Source: Patescibacteria group bacterium
Lineage (GTDB): Bacteria > Patescibacteriota > Patescibacteriia > 2-01-FULL-39-33
Length of the DNA stretch: 64,000 nucleotides
Reading direction: 5' to 3'
Assembly (NCBI GenBank): GCA_041649575.1
Contig: JBAZMW010000002.1
Location: 78,159-142,158, forward strand
The stretch's first letter is position 1. Every line of letters starts with the position of its first letter. The notes under the pieces are model-generated. The model saw only the letters and a list, made by a program, of their open reading frames with translations, searched no databases and was not told the origin of the DNA. A program made the position numbers and the translations under genes. Shown here piece after piece: positions 48,190-58,608 of this stretch.

Positions 48190-49157
48190 ACCAAAAAATT
48201 TATCTGGGTATTGATGTCGGTTCGGTAAGCTGCAATGTCGTTGCTCTTAGCGAAGAGAGCCGAGTTTTGGCAAAAGTCTATATTCGCACGCAAGGTGATC
48301 CGATTCAGGCGGTGAAAAGGGGCTTACAGGAAATTAGAGATCAGGTCAACGAATTTACTGTTGCCGGCGTGGGCACTACCGGTAGCGGCCGGACTTTGGC
48401 CGGAATTTTGGCCGGAGCCGATGTCGTCAAAAACGAGATCACTAGTCACGCTCTGGCTGCCGTGCACGAAGTGCCAGGAGTCAGGACGGTTTTGGAGATT
48501 GGCGGACAGGATTCCAAAATAATTATTTTGGATGATGGGGTGGTGGTTGATTTTGCCATGAATACGGTTTGCGCCGCTGGTACCGGATCTTTCTTGGACC
48601 AGCAATGCGGCCGTCTGGGTATTCAGATAGAGGAATTCGGCGACTTGGCCCTGAAATCCAGCACCAAAATCAATATTGCCGGCCGCTGCACCGTTTTTGC
48701 CGAGTCCGATATGATTCACAAACAACAACTGGGCGCAAAACGCGAGGATATTATGCGCGGCCTGTGCGAATCACTGGTCAGAAATTATTTAAGTAACGTG
48801 GCTAAGGGCAAAAATATTTTAGAATCGATTGTTTTTCAAGGGGGAGTGGCCGCCAATAAATGTATTAAGGCCGAGTTTGAAAAAGCGTTGGATAAAAAAT
48901 TGATTATCCCAGAAAATTTTGATGTCATGGGAGCGATTGGCGCCGCCTTGTTGGCTCGGGAAGCCGAAGTTGAAAAAAGCCGGTTTAAGGGATTTGATTT
49001 GATTGAGACTGATTTTCAGACTACCGCCTTTCAGTGTTTCGACTGCGCTAACAAATGCGAGGTTATCGAATTTAAGGAAAATGGCGCAGTCATCGCTCGC
49101 TGGGGCGACCGTTGCAATAAATGGAGCGACGACCCGGGTCGTCAGCCGGAAAAATAA
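48186..49157 (+). CDS. CoA-substrate-specific enzyme activase (BadF/BadG/BcrA/BcrD ATPase family, HgdC-like), C-terminal Cys pair
   Basis: IYLGIDVGSVSCNVVAL, GVGTTGSGR, LEIGGQDSK, CAAGTGSFLD actin-fold ATPase motifs; 4-nt overlap with the upstream gene. Confidence 0.75.
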   Translation: MNQKIYLGIDVGSVSCNVVALSEESRVLAKVYIRTQGDPIQAVKRGLQEIRDQVNEFTVAGVGTTGSGRTLAGILAGADVVKNEITSHALAAVHEVPGVRTVLEIGGQDSKIIILDDGVVVDFAMNTVCAAGTGSFLDQQCGRLGIQIEEFGDLALKSSTKINIAGRCTVFAESDMIHKQQLGAKREDIMRGLCESLVRNYLSNVAKGKNILESIVFQGGVAANKCIKAEFEKALDKKLIIPENFDVMGAIGAALLAREAEVEKSRFKGFDLIETDFQTTAFQCFDCANKCEVIEFKENGAVIARWGDRCNKWSDDPGRQPEK

Positions 49158-49197
49158 ACTTGGCAATTTTATCGATAAATAAATAACAAACAAATTT

Positions 49198-49485
49198 ATG
49201 GAAAATCAAAATCAACAACCGCAGGAAATAAAAATTACTGATAATTTTGCCGGCGGTGAGTATGCCAACGGCATGCAAATTTCTTATAACAAAGAAGAAT
49301 TCCTCATTTATTTTTTCAATATTATGCCGCCGGCCGGCCGCGTTTGCGCCAAAATCATCACCAGTCCCGGACACCTCAAGAGAATGGCCGCTGTTTTGGA
49401 GGACAACTTAAAAAAGTATGAGAGTCAATTTGGTTCTGTCTCTGTAGCCGAGAATCCCAAAGACGGTATCGGTTTTAAAGTTTAA
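49198..49485 (+). CDS. DUF3467-like small protein
   Basis: 95 aa; [19 protein letters not shown]...[26 protein letters not shown] pattern. Confidence 0.45.
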   Translation: MENQNQQPQEIKITDNFAGGEYANGMQISYNKEEFLIYFFNIMPPAGRVCAKIITSPGHLKRMAAVLEDNLKKYESQFGSVSVAENPKDGIGFKV

Positions 49486-49490
49486 CTTTT

Positions 49491-50600
49491 ATGGCCAAAG
49501 ATTACTACGACATTTTGGGGGTTTCCCGGTCGGCTTCTCCGGAAGAGATCAAAAAAGCTTTTCGCAAATTAGCTCACGAACACCATCCCGACAAAGCCAA
49601 CGGCAATGCGGAGAAATTCAAGGAAATCAACGAAGCCTATCAGGTTTTGAATAACCCGGATAAAAGAAAGCAGTACGATCAGTTCGGCTCGGCTTTTGGC
49701 GGCGCCGGTGCCGGTGGTTTTAATTACCAAGATTTTGGCCGGGCGGCCGGCGGTCCTTTTGGCCAGGGCGGTTTTTCCCAAGACGGAATTAGTTTTGACT
49801 TCGGCGATCTTGGTGATCTAGGCGATCTTTTCGGCGGTTTTGGCAGTTTCTTTGGCGGTGGCAACAGGACAGCCAAAAAAGCAGTCAGAGGCGAAGACGT
49901 GGAAATAGAACTAACAATAGAGTTCGAAGAAGCGGCTTTTGGTGTTGACAAGGTAATTGACTTGCAGAAGCAGGTTGTTTGCGAGCATTGCCATGGCTCG
50001 GGAGCCGAGCCGGGCGCCAAGATTTCCGTTTGCGCTACCTGTGGCGGCACCGGAAAAATAAACCGGGTTCAACAAACGATTTTGGGAAATTTTCAAACTC
50101 AGACTGTTTGTTCGGATTGCCAGGGCGAAGGGCAGAAATATGAAAAAAAATGTTCCACCTGTCACGGCAGTGGTGCGGCTTATGGTTCGGAAAAAATCAA
50201 AGTTAAGGTTCCGGCCGGTATCGATGACGGCCAAACAATAAAATTATCAGGCCAAGGAGAGCCGGCTCCCAAAGGCGTGCCTGGCGATCTTTATATTCGT
50301 ATTAAGGTCAGACCGAGCAAAATTTTTAGACGACAGGCTGATAATATTTTTTCAGAAAAACATCTTTCCCTTAAGCAGGCGATTTTTGGCGATAAAATAG
50401 AAATCGAAACCGTCGACGGCCTGGTCAGCCTAAAAATTCCTCCCGGGACCCAAAGTCATACGGAATTTCGTCTGCGCGACAAGGGCGTCTATCACCTCAA
50501 GGGTCGCGGCCGAGGGGATCATCTGATCAAGATAATTGTTGACATCCCTAAGAATCTTAGCCGCCAGCAGAAAAAAATACTGGATAGCTGGGAAAAATAA
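49491..50600 (+). CDS. dnaJ: Chaperone DnaJ
   Basis: J domain with HPD, G/F region, four CxxCxGxG repeats. Confidence 0.9.
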   Translation: MAKDYYDILGVSRSASPEEIKKAFRKLAHEHHPDKANGNAEKFKEINEAYQVLNNPDKRKQYDQFGSAFGGAGAGGFNYQDFGRAAGGPFGQGGFSQDGISFDFGDLGDLGDLFGGFGSFFGGGNRTAKKAVRGEDVEIELTIEFEEAAFGVDKVIDLQKQVVCEHCHGSGAEPGAKISVCATCGGTGKINRVQQTILGNFQTQTVCSDCQGEGQKYEKKCSTCHGSGAAYGSEKIKVKVPAGIDDGQTIKLSGQGEPAPKGVPGDLYIRIKVRPSKIFRRQADNIFSEKHLSLKQAIFGDKIEIETVDGLVSLKIPPGTQSHTEFRLRDKGVYHLKGRGRGDHLIKIIVDIPKNLSRQQKKILDSWEK

Positions 50601-50614
50601 TTTATTTATAAAAA

Positions 50615-51163
50615 ATGTTGCTTTATTTATTCTTGTTTTTATTTTTATTTTTAACGATTTTTGCCCTGCTGATGTCTTTCTCTTTAATCGTCGGCCTGAT
50701 TCAAACGGGGGGAGTGCCTTTCGTTTCTACCTCTAGAAGAGGTTTCGACGCCATTTCGCAATTAGCCGAAATAAAGCCCGGTGATATTATTTACGATTTG
50801 GGTTGCGGCAAGGCGCATTTTCTGATTCAGACGGTTAAAAAACATAACGCCCGAGGCATCGGTTACGAATTGGCTCTTTGGCCATATCTGTGGGCCAAGT
50901 TTAATGTTTGGCGGAGTCGGGCTAGGGTAAAAATTTATCGGAAAAATTTTTTTAAAGCCAGTCTTAATGAAGCCGATGTCGTTTTCTGTTATCTGTTTCC
51001 CGGGACAATGGTCAAATTGGAGCCGAAATTTAGCGTTGAATTAAGACCCAACGCCAGGGTGGTTGTCGCTGCTTTCCAGTTACCCAATCTAGAGCCGAAA
51101 AAATCAGTTTTAATTAATGATAATAACACAAAATTAGGTAAGTTTTATCTCTATGTTTTTTAG
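50615..51163 (+). CDS. Membrane-anchored class I SAM-dependent methyltransferase (paralogue of 4695..5207)
   Basis: N-terminal TM helix; DLGCGKAH motif I; collinear with the 4695 ORF. Confidence 0.6.
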   Translation: MLLYLFLFLFLFLTIFALLMSFSLIVGLIQTGGVPFVSTSRRGFDAISQLAEIKPGDIIYDLGCGKAHFLIQTVKKHNARGIGYELALWPYLWAKFNVWRSRARVKIYRKNFFKASLNEADVVFCYLFPGTMVKLEPKFSVELRPNARVVVAAFQLPNLEPKKSVLINDNNTKLGKFYLYVF

Positions 51164-51224
51164 AGACGAAGGCTTGATTTTATTGGCCAGAAGCATTATA
51201 ATAAAGAAACATGATTAAAAATAA

Positions 51225-51299
51225 GCCGGGTTCGTCTAGTGGCTAGGACGCATCCCTCTCACGGATGAAACACGAGTTCGATTCTCGTACTCGGTACCA
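51225..51299 (+). tRNA. tRNA-Glu (anticodon CUC), CCA encoded
   Basis: Cloverleaf: acceptor gccgggt/actcggt (two G-U pairs), D stem gtct/ggac, anticodon stem catcc/ggatg with loop ctCTCac, T arm acgag-ttcgatt-ctcgt, then a-cca. Confidence 0.8.
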
Positions 51300-51337
51300 G
51301 TAAAAGTCATAGAATTATTAATAGTTTATTTAAGTTT

Positions 51338-52996
51338 ATGAAAAAAATTTTTAAAAGAAAGTCCTTTTGGTTAATTGTGGTCGTTATTCTCCTCCTGATT
51401 GTCGGTGGAGTTTATTATCAGTTTAAGCAGGGATCCTCTTTGATCGAATATACCACCGAGAAAGTCAAGCGAGGCAAATTGGTTCAGACAGTCACGGCCA
51501 CCGGCCAGGTCGAATCAGCCGAAGAAATAAATCTTAATTTCCAGATCACCGGCAAGCTGGTTTATTTGAAAGCCAAAGAGGGTGATACGGTTAAGGCTGG
51601 CGACGTACTGGCTAGCTTGGATTCTGGCGGAGCAGCCGCCTTGATCAATCAATACAGAAGTAATGTTTCTGCCGCCGCAGCCGATTTGGCAAAAGTCAAA
51701 GCCGGTTCCTCCCCCGAAGATATAAAGGTGACAGAGGAACAATTTCTCAAAGCCGAGGCCGATCTGGCTAATCTAAAATCAGAAAGCACCAATCAACTGC
51801 TGATTTTGCGAGAAAAAAATTTGGATACTTTAAATAATGCTGTTTTTACTTTTACCGTGGCCCTAGATAAAGTTTATAATTATTTTATTAATGATAAAAC
51901 CACTAACGGCCTCCAGGTTACCGACACCAGCTTGTTAAATAAAGTGGAGAGTGATTATTATTTACTCAGAAAAAACTTGGATTCTGCCAGAGAAATTATC
52001 AATCAGGCCAATAGTGTCAAAAGCGATGATTTAATTTTGGCTTCGTCCGATCAGATGCGGGACTCGATGATAAAACTCAACTATTTTCTAAATGATGCCT
52101 TTGGCTTGGGCGACACCATTATTCTTAACACCTATTATTCGCAAACCACCAAAGACACCATTAAAACCGACATTGGCACTCAACAATCAACCAACAATAC
52201 CGCCCTAACTTCCCTGCAGACGGCCAAATCAAACCTGATTAACGAAACAAACAGCTATAATTCTCAGATCAAAGCCGCCGAAAACAACCTTGGTATTTAT
52301 CAGGCGCAGCTTAATCTTAAAAAAGCCGGGCCTCGGAATTTTGAGGTTGAATCGGCCGAAGCCAAAGTAGCTCAAGCCCAGGCCCAGTTGAACAAGGCTT
52401 TGAGTGATTTTGGAAATTATACTATCAAGGCGCCAATTAATGGCAAAATTACCAAAGTTAATTTTTCTGTTGGCGAACAAACCAGCTTGACTGAGCCGGT
52501 TATTAGTATGCTGGGTACTGAAAAATATCAAATTAAAGTAGATATACCCGAATCAGATATTACCAAAGTTAAAATTGGCGATAAGGTTTCTATTGAATTG
52601 GACGCCTTCGGTTCCGATCATCCTTTTTCTGGCGCCATCAGCTTTGTCGACCCGGCCCAAACTGTAATTAAGGACGTGACTTATTATAAAACCACCGTCA
52701 GTTTTGACCAAGATTCCTGGAACGATCAAATCAAACCCGGCATGACTGCCAATATCACCATTATGACCGGAGAAAAAGACGATGTTCTATTTATACCGCA
52801 ACGAGCCGTTAGGGTTAAAGAGGCCTCACTCGGTGAAACTGCGACCAAGGTCGTTTCTGTTCTGGCTAATAACCAGGAGGAAGAAAAAGTGGTTGTGGTT
52901 GGTTTAAGAGGCGATAACGGTTTAGTGGAGGTTCTCTCTGGTTTGACTGAAGGCCAAGAGGTCATCACCTTTAAAAAGGACAACGGTAAAAAATAA
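51338..52996 (+). CDS. HlyD-family efflux periplasmic adaptor (MacA-like)
   Basis: N-terminal TM, biotinyl/lipoyl-like and beta-barrel domains, long coiled coil. Confidence 0.75.
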   Translation: MKKIFKRKSFWLIVVVILLLIVGGVYYQFKQGSSLIEYTTEKVKRGKLVQTVTATGQVESAEEINLNFQITGKLVYLKAKEGDTVKAGDVLASLDSGGAAALINQYRSNVSAAAADLAKVKAGSSPEDIKVTEEQFLKAEADLANLKSESTNQLLILREKNLDTLNNAVFTFTVALDKVYNYFINDKTTNGLQVTDTSLLNKVESDYYLLRKNLDSAREIINQANSVKSDDLILASSDQMRDSMIKLNYFLNDAFGLGDTIILNTYYSQTTKDTIKTDIGTQQSTNNTALTSLQTAKSNLINETNSYNSQIKAAENNLGIYQAQLNLKKAGPRNFEVESAEAKVAQAQAQLNKALSDFGNYTIKAPINGKITKVNFSVGEQTSLTEPVISMLGTEKYQIKVDIPESDITKVKIGDKVSIELDAFGSDHPFSGAISFVDPAQTVIKDVTYYKTTVSFDQDSWNDQIKPGMTANITIMTGEKDDVLFIPQRAVRVKEASLGETATKVVSVLANNQEEEKVVVVGLRGDNGLVEVLSGLTEGQEVITFKKDNGKK

Positions 52997-53005
52997 TTTT
53001 TTGTT

Positions 53006-53722
53006 ATGGCTCCTCTAATCGAGATTAAGGATCTAAAAAAGGATTATATTAACGAAGAGATAATAACCAAGGTTCTCTTCGGGCTGTCTTTTGCCATAGA
53101 AAGTGGCGAATTTGTGGCCGTGATGGGCCCTTCTGGCAGCGGCAAATCGACTTTAATGCACATCCTCGGCTTTCTAGACACCTTAACTAGCGGCAGCTAT
53201 TTTTTCAAAGGGCGTGAAGTCAGTAATTTGAACGATGATCAGCTGGCCAAGATTCGCAACGAAGAGGTTGGTTTTGTTTTTCAGGCCTTTAATCTCTTGC
53301 CGCGTACCACCGTGTACGATAATGTCAAACTGCCGTTAATTTATAGTAATCAGAAAAATCAGGATCAGCTGATTAGAGCGGCCATTAAAGCGGTTGACCT
53401 GGAACATCGAGTTAATAATCTGTCCAATCAGTTGTCCGGTGGCGAAAAGCAGCGAGTGGCTATAGCCAGAGCCTTGGTCAATAATCCCAGTATTATTTTT
53501 GCCGACGAACCTACTGGCAATTTGGATAGCAAGTCGGGCAGCGCTATCATGGAAATTTTAGAAAACTTGAATAATCAAGGACATACTATTATTTTAGTGA
53601 CTCACGAAAGCGATACGGCCAGGCACGCCAAGAGAATTATTAAGATGTGCGACGGTTTGATTTGCAGTGATGAAGTTGTCGAACGAAGAAGATCGGTTCG
53701 TGACGGTGAATTGAAAAAATAA
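53006..53722 (+). CDS. ABC transporter ATP-binding protein (MacB/LolD family)
   Basis: Walker [10 protein letters not shown], signature LSGGEKQR, Walker [13 protein letters not shown]. Confidence 0.9.
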   Translation: MAPLIEIKDLKKDYINEEIITKVLFGLSFAIESGEFVAVMGPSGSGKSTLMHILGFLDTLTSGSYFFKGREVSNLNDDQLAKIRNEEVGFVFQAFNLLPRTTVYDNVKLPLIYSNQKNQDQLIRAAIKAVDLEHRVNNLSNQLSGGEKQRVAIARALVNNPSIIFADEPTGNLDSKSGSAIMEILENLNNQGHTIILVTHESDTARHAKRIIKMCDGLICSDEVVERRRSVRDGELKK

Positions 53723-53736
53723 AACTACTATTTTTT

Positions 53737-54972
53737 ATGCGGCTTAGTGATATCGTCAAACTATCTTTTTCTGTTCTGCGTCGCAATCGGATCCGCAGTT
53801 TTTTGACTGGCCTGGGAATTATAATTGGTATCGCCTCGGTAATAATTATCATGTCTGTCGGCGCCGGAGCCCAAAGCTTGATCATCAACCAGCTCAATTC
53901 ACTAGGTACCAATCTGATCGGCATTCTGCCGGGAACTTCAGACGAGAATGGGCCGCCGGCTTCGGCTTTTGGCGTCATTGTCGCCACTTTAAAATATGAG
54001 GATGCCACGGCCATCGCCAAAGAAGTACCCAATGTTTTGGCTGTTAGTTCTTATAACACCGGTTTGGGGACCATCAGTTATCAGAATGCCAGTTTGGACA
54101 CCAATTTTTATGGAGTAATGAGCTCTTATCCTATAGTGGAAGACACCGAGGTAGGTCTGGGTCGCTTTTTTACTCCGGAAGAAGAAAAAAACAGTTCTCG
54201 AGTCGTGGTTTTGGGCTATCAAGTCTGGCAAGAACTCTTTAGTGGCAGCGACCCTTTGGGCAAAAAAATAAGAATTAATAAAGAATATTTTGACGTTATC
54301 GGCGTAATGAAAGAGCGGGGTGTCGCTGGTTTTCAAAATCAAGACAAACTGGTTTTGATTCCGATTTCCACCGCCCAAAAAATTATGCTCGGCATCAGAT
54401 ATGTTAATTTTATCAGAGCCAAGGTCAACGATGCCAAAAACATCGATCAGGCCACCAATGACATCACCTTATTACTAAGAGACCGCCATAATATTTTTGA
54501 ATCGGGTATTGATGATTTCTCGGTGCGTAATACCAAAGAAGCTATAGACACACTGACAATGATAACCGACGCTCTGAAATTTTTCTTGGCTGCCATCGCT
54601 GGTATTTCTTTGATTGTTGGCGGCGTGGGAGTAATGAATATTATGCTGGCATCGGTCAACGAAAGAATCAGGGAAATTGGTTTGCGCAAAGCGGTTGGCG
54701 CCAAGAAAGCCAATATTATGACACAGTTTGTTTTGGAGACTATAACCATCACCTTGCTGGGTGGGATTATCGGTATAATCCTGGGGTCACTAGTGGCGCT
54801 TTTAGTGATGCTTGTCGCCAGATACCTGGGCTATCAGTGGGATTTGGTGATCACTATAAATTCTATTTTGGTCGGTGTCGGCATGGCGGTTTTAGTGGGT
54901 TTGGTTTTTGGTTTGTATCCGGCCCGGCGGGCCGCCAAATTAGATCCAATAGAAGCTCTGCGTTATGAATAA
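53737..54972 (+). CDS. ABC transporter permease, FtsX/MacB-type
   Basis: MacB periplasmic core domain and four TM helices; C-terminal FtsX-fold motifs. Confidence 0.8.
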   Translation: MRLSDIVKLSFSVLRRNRIRSFLTGLGIIIGIASVIIIMSVGAGAQSLIINQLNSLGTNLIGILPGTSDENGPPASAFGVIVATLKYEDATAIAKEVPNVLAVSSYNTGLGTISYQNASLDTNFYGVMSSYPIVEDTEVGLGRFFTPEEEKNSSRVVVLGYQVWQELFSGSDPLGKKIRINKEYFDVIGVMKERGVAGFQNQDKLVLIPISTAQKIMLGIRYVNFIRAKVNDAKNIDQATNDITLLLRDRHNIFESGIDDFSVRNTKEAIDTLTMITDALKFFLAAIAGISLIVGGVGVMNIMLASVNERIREIGLRKAVGAKKANIMTQFVLETITITLLGGIIGIILGSLVALLVMLVARYLGYQWDLVITINSILVGVGMAVLVGLVFGLYPARRAAKLDPIEALRYE

Positions 54973-56215
54973 TTTTTTTCTACCGTTAAAATTTGCCTGG
55001 CAATCTCTGGGCCATCACCGCGGCCGCACTTTTTTGACTATCGTGGGTATTGTAATTGGTATCGCCGCCGTCATCATGGTCATGTCTGCCGGTGACAGCC
55101 TCAAGGGTTTGGTTCTAGATCAGGTGGAGTCTTTTGGTTCGGATTTTATTCAGGTAGAGGTAAAGGTGCCCAGCACCGGCAAAAACTCTTTTGACAATGC
55201 TGCCGCTATGGTTCAAGGGATTCAGGTGACTACTCTAAAAATCGAAGACGCCGAAGCCATAAAAAAATTGTCCAATGTAAAGAATTATTACGCCGGAATT
55301 ACAGGGCAAGAGGTTATTTCTTATCTGGACACACAAAAGTCAGTCACTTTTATGGGCATCTCGCCTTCCTTTATCGATATCGATAAATCCAAGATGTCGG
55401 CTGGGCGTTTTTTTTCCAAAGATGAGGACAGCGAATTAGCCAGGGTTTTGACCTTGGGCTCCAAATTGGCCGTCAAGCTTTTTGGCAATCAGGATCCGGT
55501 AGGCAAGAGCGTAAAGTTGGGTAAGAATAAATTTTTAGTTGTTGGGGTAATGGAAGAGCGGGGGAGCGGCTTTGGTTTGGATTTCGATCAATTTGCTTAT
55601 TTGCCCTTGCAGACGGCGCAGAAGCTGGTGATGGGAGTTGATTATGTTGTTTGGGCTACGGTTCAGGTAGAAGATACTAAACTCCAAGATCAAACCGCCG
55701 AAGAGATTACAACTCTCTTAAGAGAGAGGCATAAAATAGATAATCCTAAGCGTGACGATTTTGCCGTGACCACTGCTGCCGAGGCTATTGACATGGTTAA
55801 TACTATTTTTGGCGGTATCACCCTGCTGCTGACTGCCATCGCCGGCATTTCTCTTTTGGTTGGCGGTATTGGTATCATGAATATTATGTATGTTTCGGTC
55901 AGCGAGAGAACTTTTGAAATTGGTCTAAGAAAAGCCGTTGGAGCCAAAAACGTTCAGATTTTGTGGCAATTCTTGTGGGAAGCGATAGTGGTTACTGTTT
56001 TTGGCGGTATTATTGGCATCACTCTGGGAATTTTATTTTCACTTATCATCAGTTTTGTCGCCGGACAATTCGGTTTTGCCTGGGGCTTTAGCCTGCCGCC
56101 GCAAGCGATTATCATCGCTTTTGGTTTTTGCGCCGCGGTGGGTTTGATTTTTGGCTATTATCCCGCTCAAAAAGCAGCCAAAATGAATCCCATAGTTGCC
56201 TTGGGCCACGAGTAA
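54965..56215 (+). CDS. ABC transporter permease, FtsX/MacB-type (second copy)
   Basis: Same architecture; 8-nt overlap with the upstream gene. Confidence 0.8.
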   Translation: MNNFFLPLKFAWQSLGHHRGRTFLTIVGIVIGIAAVIMVMSAGDSLKGLVLDQVESFGSDFIQVEVKVPSTGKNSFDNAAAMVQGIQVTTLKIEDAEAIKKLSNVKNYYAGITGQEVISYLDTQKSVTFMGISPSFIDIDKSKMSAGRFFSKDEDSELARVLTLGSKLAVKLFGNQDPVGKSVKLGKNKFLVVGVMEERGSGFGLDFDQFAYLPLQTAQKLVMGVDYVVWATVQVEDTKLQDQTAEEITTLLRERHKIDNPKRDDFAVTTAAEAIDMVNTIFGGITLLLTAIAGISLLVGGIGIMNIMYVSVSERTFEIGLRKAVGAKNVQILWQFLWEAIVVTVFGGIIGITLGILFSLIISFVAGQFGFAWGFSLPPQAIIIAFGFCAAVGLIFGYYPAQKAAKMNPIVALGHE

Positions 56216-56229
56216 TTTTTGATAGTTCT

Positions 56230-57345
56230 ATGATTCTCGATCAATATTTTTCCCATCTCAAAAAAAACGATTGGGCGCTACTGGCCGCCGTATTTTTGTT
56301 GATTGCCTTCGGCTTGTCGGCTATTTACAGTGTGGCCTTGGGTCAGGGATTAGGGGAATTTATTAATTTCAAAAAACAGCTGGTGTGGTTGGTGGTGGGG
56401 GTTTTTCTGATGTTTTTTATTTCCAGCGTCAATTATCATTATTGGCGTCGCTGGGCTTGGTTGGGTTATTTTTTGGGTTTGATTTTGTTGGTATTGGTTT
56501 TGACTCCCTTAGGTTCGACTATTCGCGGTTCTCAAGGTTGGTTTTCGTTGGGCATTTTTTCTTTCCAGCCGGTCGAATTTATGAAAATTTTTTTAATCAT
56601 TGTTCTGGCCGATGTTTACAGCCGTTACGCGCGCACTATCAATAAATTTTTACAGTTGGTTTTGATTGGTTTGCTGGTAGTTTTGCCACTGGGCCTGGTG
56701 ATGCTCCAGCCGGATTTTGGTTCGGCCATGGTTATTTTTTTCGTTTGGCTGTTGTCCAGCCTGCTTTTGATTAGAAAAAAATGGCACTTGGCTGTTATTA
56801 TTATTCTAATTTTGGCTTCTTTTTTAGTTAGTTGGAACTTCGTTTTCCAGGACTATCAGAAAGATCGAATTATAACTTTTGTTAATCCGGCTGCCGATCC
56901 CTTAGGTAGCGGCTATAATGTCAGGCAGTCGATCATTGCGGTCGGCGCTGGCCGGCTTTTGGGGCGGGGCTTGGGTTTTGGTAGCCAGAGTCAGTTAAAA
57001 TTTATTCCCGAAAGCCAAACGGATTTTATCTTTGCGGTAATTGCCGAAGAGCTGGGTCTGGTTGGCGTGCTTTTGGTGCTAGTTTTTTTCTTTCTGATTT
57101 TCTATCGGGTCTATCTTGTTGCCACCAGAGCACCCGACGATTTTGGCATGTTTCTGGCTCTGCTGATTCTGATAGTTATTTTTGTCCATGTTTTTATCAA
57201 TATCGGCATGGGTTTGGGTTTGATGCCGGTGACCGGCATTTCTCTGCCCCTGGTTTCTTATGGTGGCAGTTTTTTGATAGTCACTCTGTTTTTTATCGGC
57301 CTAGTTTTAAATATTTACAAGTCAGCCTTGGTTTTCCGGCGCTAA
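56230..57345 (+). CDS. ftsW: SEDS-family peptidoglycan glycosyltransferase FtsW/RodA (start placed at MILDQY)
   Basis: Ten-TM SEDS pattern (GSQGWFSLG, QPDFGSAM, FIPESQTDFIFA, SYGGSF). The upstream in-frame extension overlaps the previous gene. Confidence 0.8.
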   Translation: MILDQYFSHLKKNDWALLAAVFLLIAFGLSAIYSVALGQGLGEFINFKKQLVWLVVGVFLMFFISSVNYHYWRRWAWLGYFLGLILLVLVLTPLGSTIRGSQGWFSLGIFSFQPVEFMKIFLIIVLADVYSRYARTINKFLQLVLIGLLVVLPLGLVMLQPDFGSAMVIFFVWLLSSLLLIRKKWHLAVIIILILASFLVSWNFVFQDYQKDRIITFVNPAADPLGSGYNVRQSIIAVGAGRLLGRGLGFGSQSQLKFIPESQTDFIFAVIAEELGLVGVLLVLVFFFLIFYRVYLVATRAPDDFGMFLALLILIVIFVHVFINIGMGLGLMPVTGISLPLVSYGGSFLIVTLFFIGLVLNIYKSALVFRR

Positions 57346-57401
57346 CGCCGTTTCGCCACTAGTCTAGTTTTATAAAAAAACAATAAATTTAATTTTATTT
57401 T

Positions 57402-57743
57402 ATGCCAGACGCCTTTTCTACAAATTTTAATCGTTTTTTGGATGACGGCCTGAAGATCGTTGCCAATTGCCCGGTTTGCCATTATCATTACAACCCGGGT
57501 GAAGCCAAAGTCTTGGAAGAGAATGAGGGGGCTCACTTGATTTATCTCAAATGTCGTCGTTGTTATTCGGCAATTCTGGTTTTAATAATGGCCAATAATT
57601 TTGGCATTAGTTCGGTGGGCTTGATCACCGACTTGGACAGTCACGAAGTGATGAAGTTTAAAGCCGCCAAAGAAACAAACAGCGACGACGTCTTGTCTGT
57701 TCATCAGCTTTTAGAAAATAATTCTTCCGGCTGGTTTGGCTAG
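57402..57743 (+). CDS. Hypothetical zinc-ribbon protein (CPVCH...CRRC)
   Basis: Two CxxC pairs spaced as in Zn ribbons; 113 aa. Confidence 0.35.
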   Translation: MPDAFSTNFNRFLDDGLKIVANCPVCHYHYNPGEAKVLEENEGAHLIYLKCRRCYSAILVLIMANNFGISSVGLITDLDSHEVMKFKAAKETNSDDVLSVHQLLENNSSGWFG

Positions 57744-57851
57744 GCGGGTTAGTCGTTATTTTTAAAAGCCGCCGCTAAAGGTTGACTTTTTAAAATTTTT
57801 GTTCTAAGATATTTTAAGTTTTAAAAACCATTTAAATTTAGGTTAATTATT

Positions 57852-58508
57852 ATGACTAGCAAATTAGAAGCGGCAACCAGAACCCTGTCCGGTAAAAAAT
57901 TATTCAAGTTAAGGCAGCAGGATAAAATACCGGCAGTTATCTATGGCCATGGCTCGGAAAACAAGAGTTTAGAGTTGGGATATTCGTTTTTTTCCAGTCT
58001 TTATCAGGAGGCTGGAGAAAATACCATTATTGATTTGGTAATCGACGGTGGCGCTCCGGTTAAGGCGCTGATTGCCGATGTTCAGTATAATCCTTTGAGC
58101 GGCCGCATTCAGCACGTTGATTTTCAGACCGTCAAGATGGACGAAAAGATACACGCTCATGTCAGTTTCGAATTTATCGGCGAATGCCGTCTGGTCAAAG
58201 AAGAAGGCGGTGTTTTGATTCATAATCTGGACGAAGTGGAAATCTATTGTCTGCCGGGCGACTTGATTCATGAGATCGAAATCGATCTCTCCGTCCTCAA
58301 GGAATTCGGCGATGTCATCGCCGTCAAGGATCTAAAGTTGTCTCAAAAGGTGGAAATCATCGGCCACGAGCCGGAGGATGTAATTGTCACGATTACCCGG
58401 CCGAGGGAAGAAAAAGAAGAGGTAGTGGCGGCTCCGGCCGAAGAGGTTGCGACCAGTGAAGTCAAGGAAGCAGCCAGTGAGAAAGTTGAAAGTACGGAAA
58501 AGCAATAA
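57852..58508 (+). CDS. rplY: 50S ribosomal protein L25 / general stress protein Ctc
   Basis: L25 N-terminal and Ctc beta-barrel domain with an acidic C-terminal tail. Confidence 0.9.
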   Translation: MTSKLEAATRTLSGKKLFKLRQQDKIPAVIYGHGSENKSLELGYSFFSSLYQEAGENTIIDLVIDGGAPVKALIADVQYNPLSGRIQHVDFQTVKMDEKIHAHVSFEFIGECRLVKEEGGVLIHNLDEVEIYCLPGDLIHEIEIDLSVLKEFGDVIAVKDLKLSQKVEIIGHEPEDVIVTITRPREEKEEVVAAPAEEVATSEVKEAASEKVESTEKQ

Positions 58509-58521
58509 AATCTATAACTCA

Positions 58522-58556
58522 AAAGAAGGCCGGTATCTAGGCCTTCTTTTGTTTTT
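58522..58556 (+). terminator. Rho-independent terminator after rplY
   Basis: aagaaggcc-ggtatcta-ggccttctt followed by ttgttttt. Confidence 0.75.
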
Positions 58557-58573
58557 GCCGATTTTTACCTGTT

Positions 58574-58602
58574 GATATTTAGTTTGACGTTTTTACTAAA
58601 TG
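58574..58602 (+). promoter_or_regulatory. Sigma70-like promoter TTGACG-N17-TATTAT driving the candidate sRNA
   Basis: ttgacg (58574-58579), 17-nt spacer, tattat (58597-58602). Confidence 0.55.
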
Positions 58603-58608
58603 GTGATA

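Noticed and set aside
51225-51299. Considered whether the tRNA might be a pseudogene because of the G1-U72 and G5-U68 pairs in the acceptor stem
   Set aside because: All other cloverleaf elements are canonical (U33, purine 37, T-loop TTCGATT, encoded CCA). G-U pairs are tolerated. It is kept as functional tRNA-Glu(CUC), pending tRNAscan-SE.
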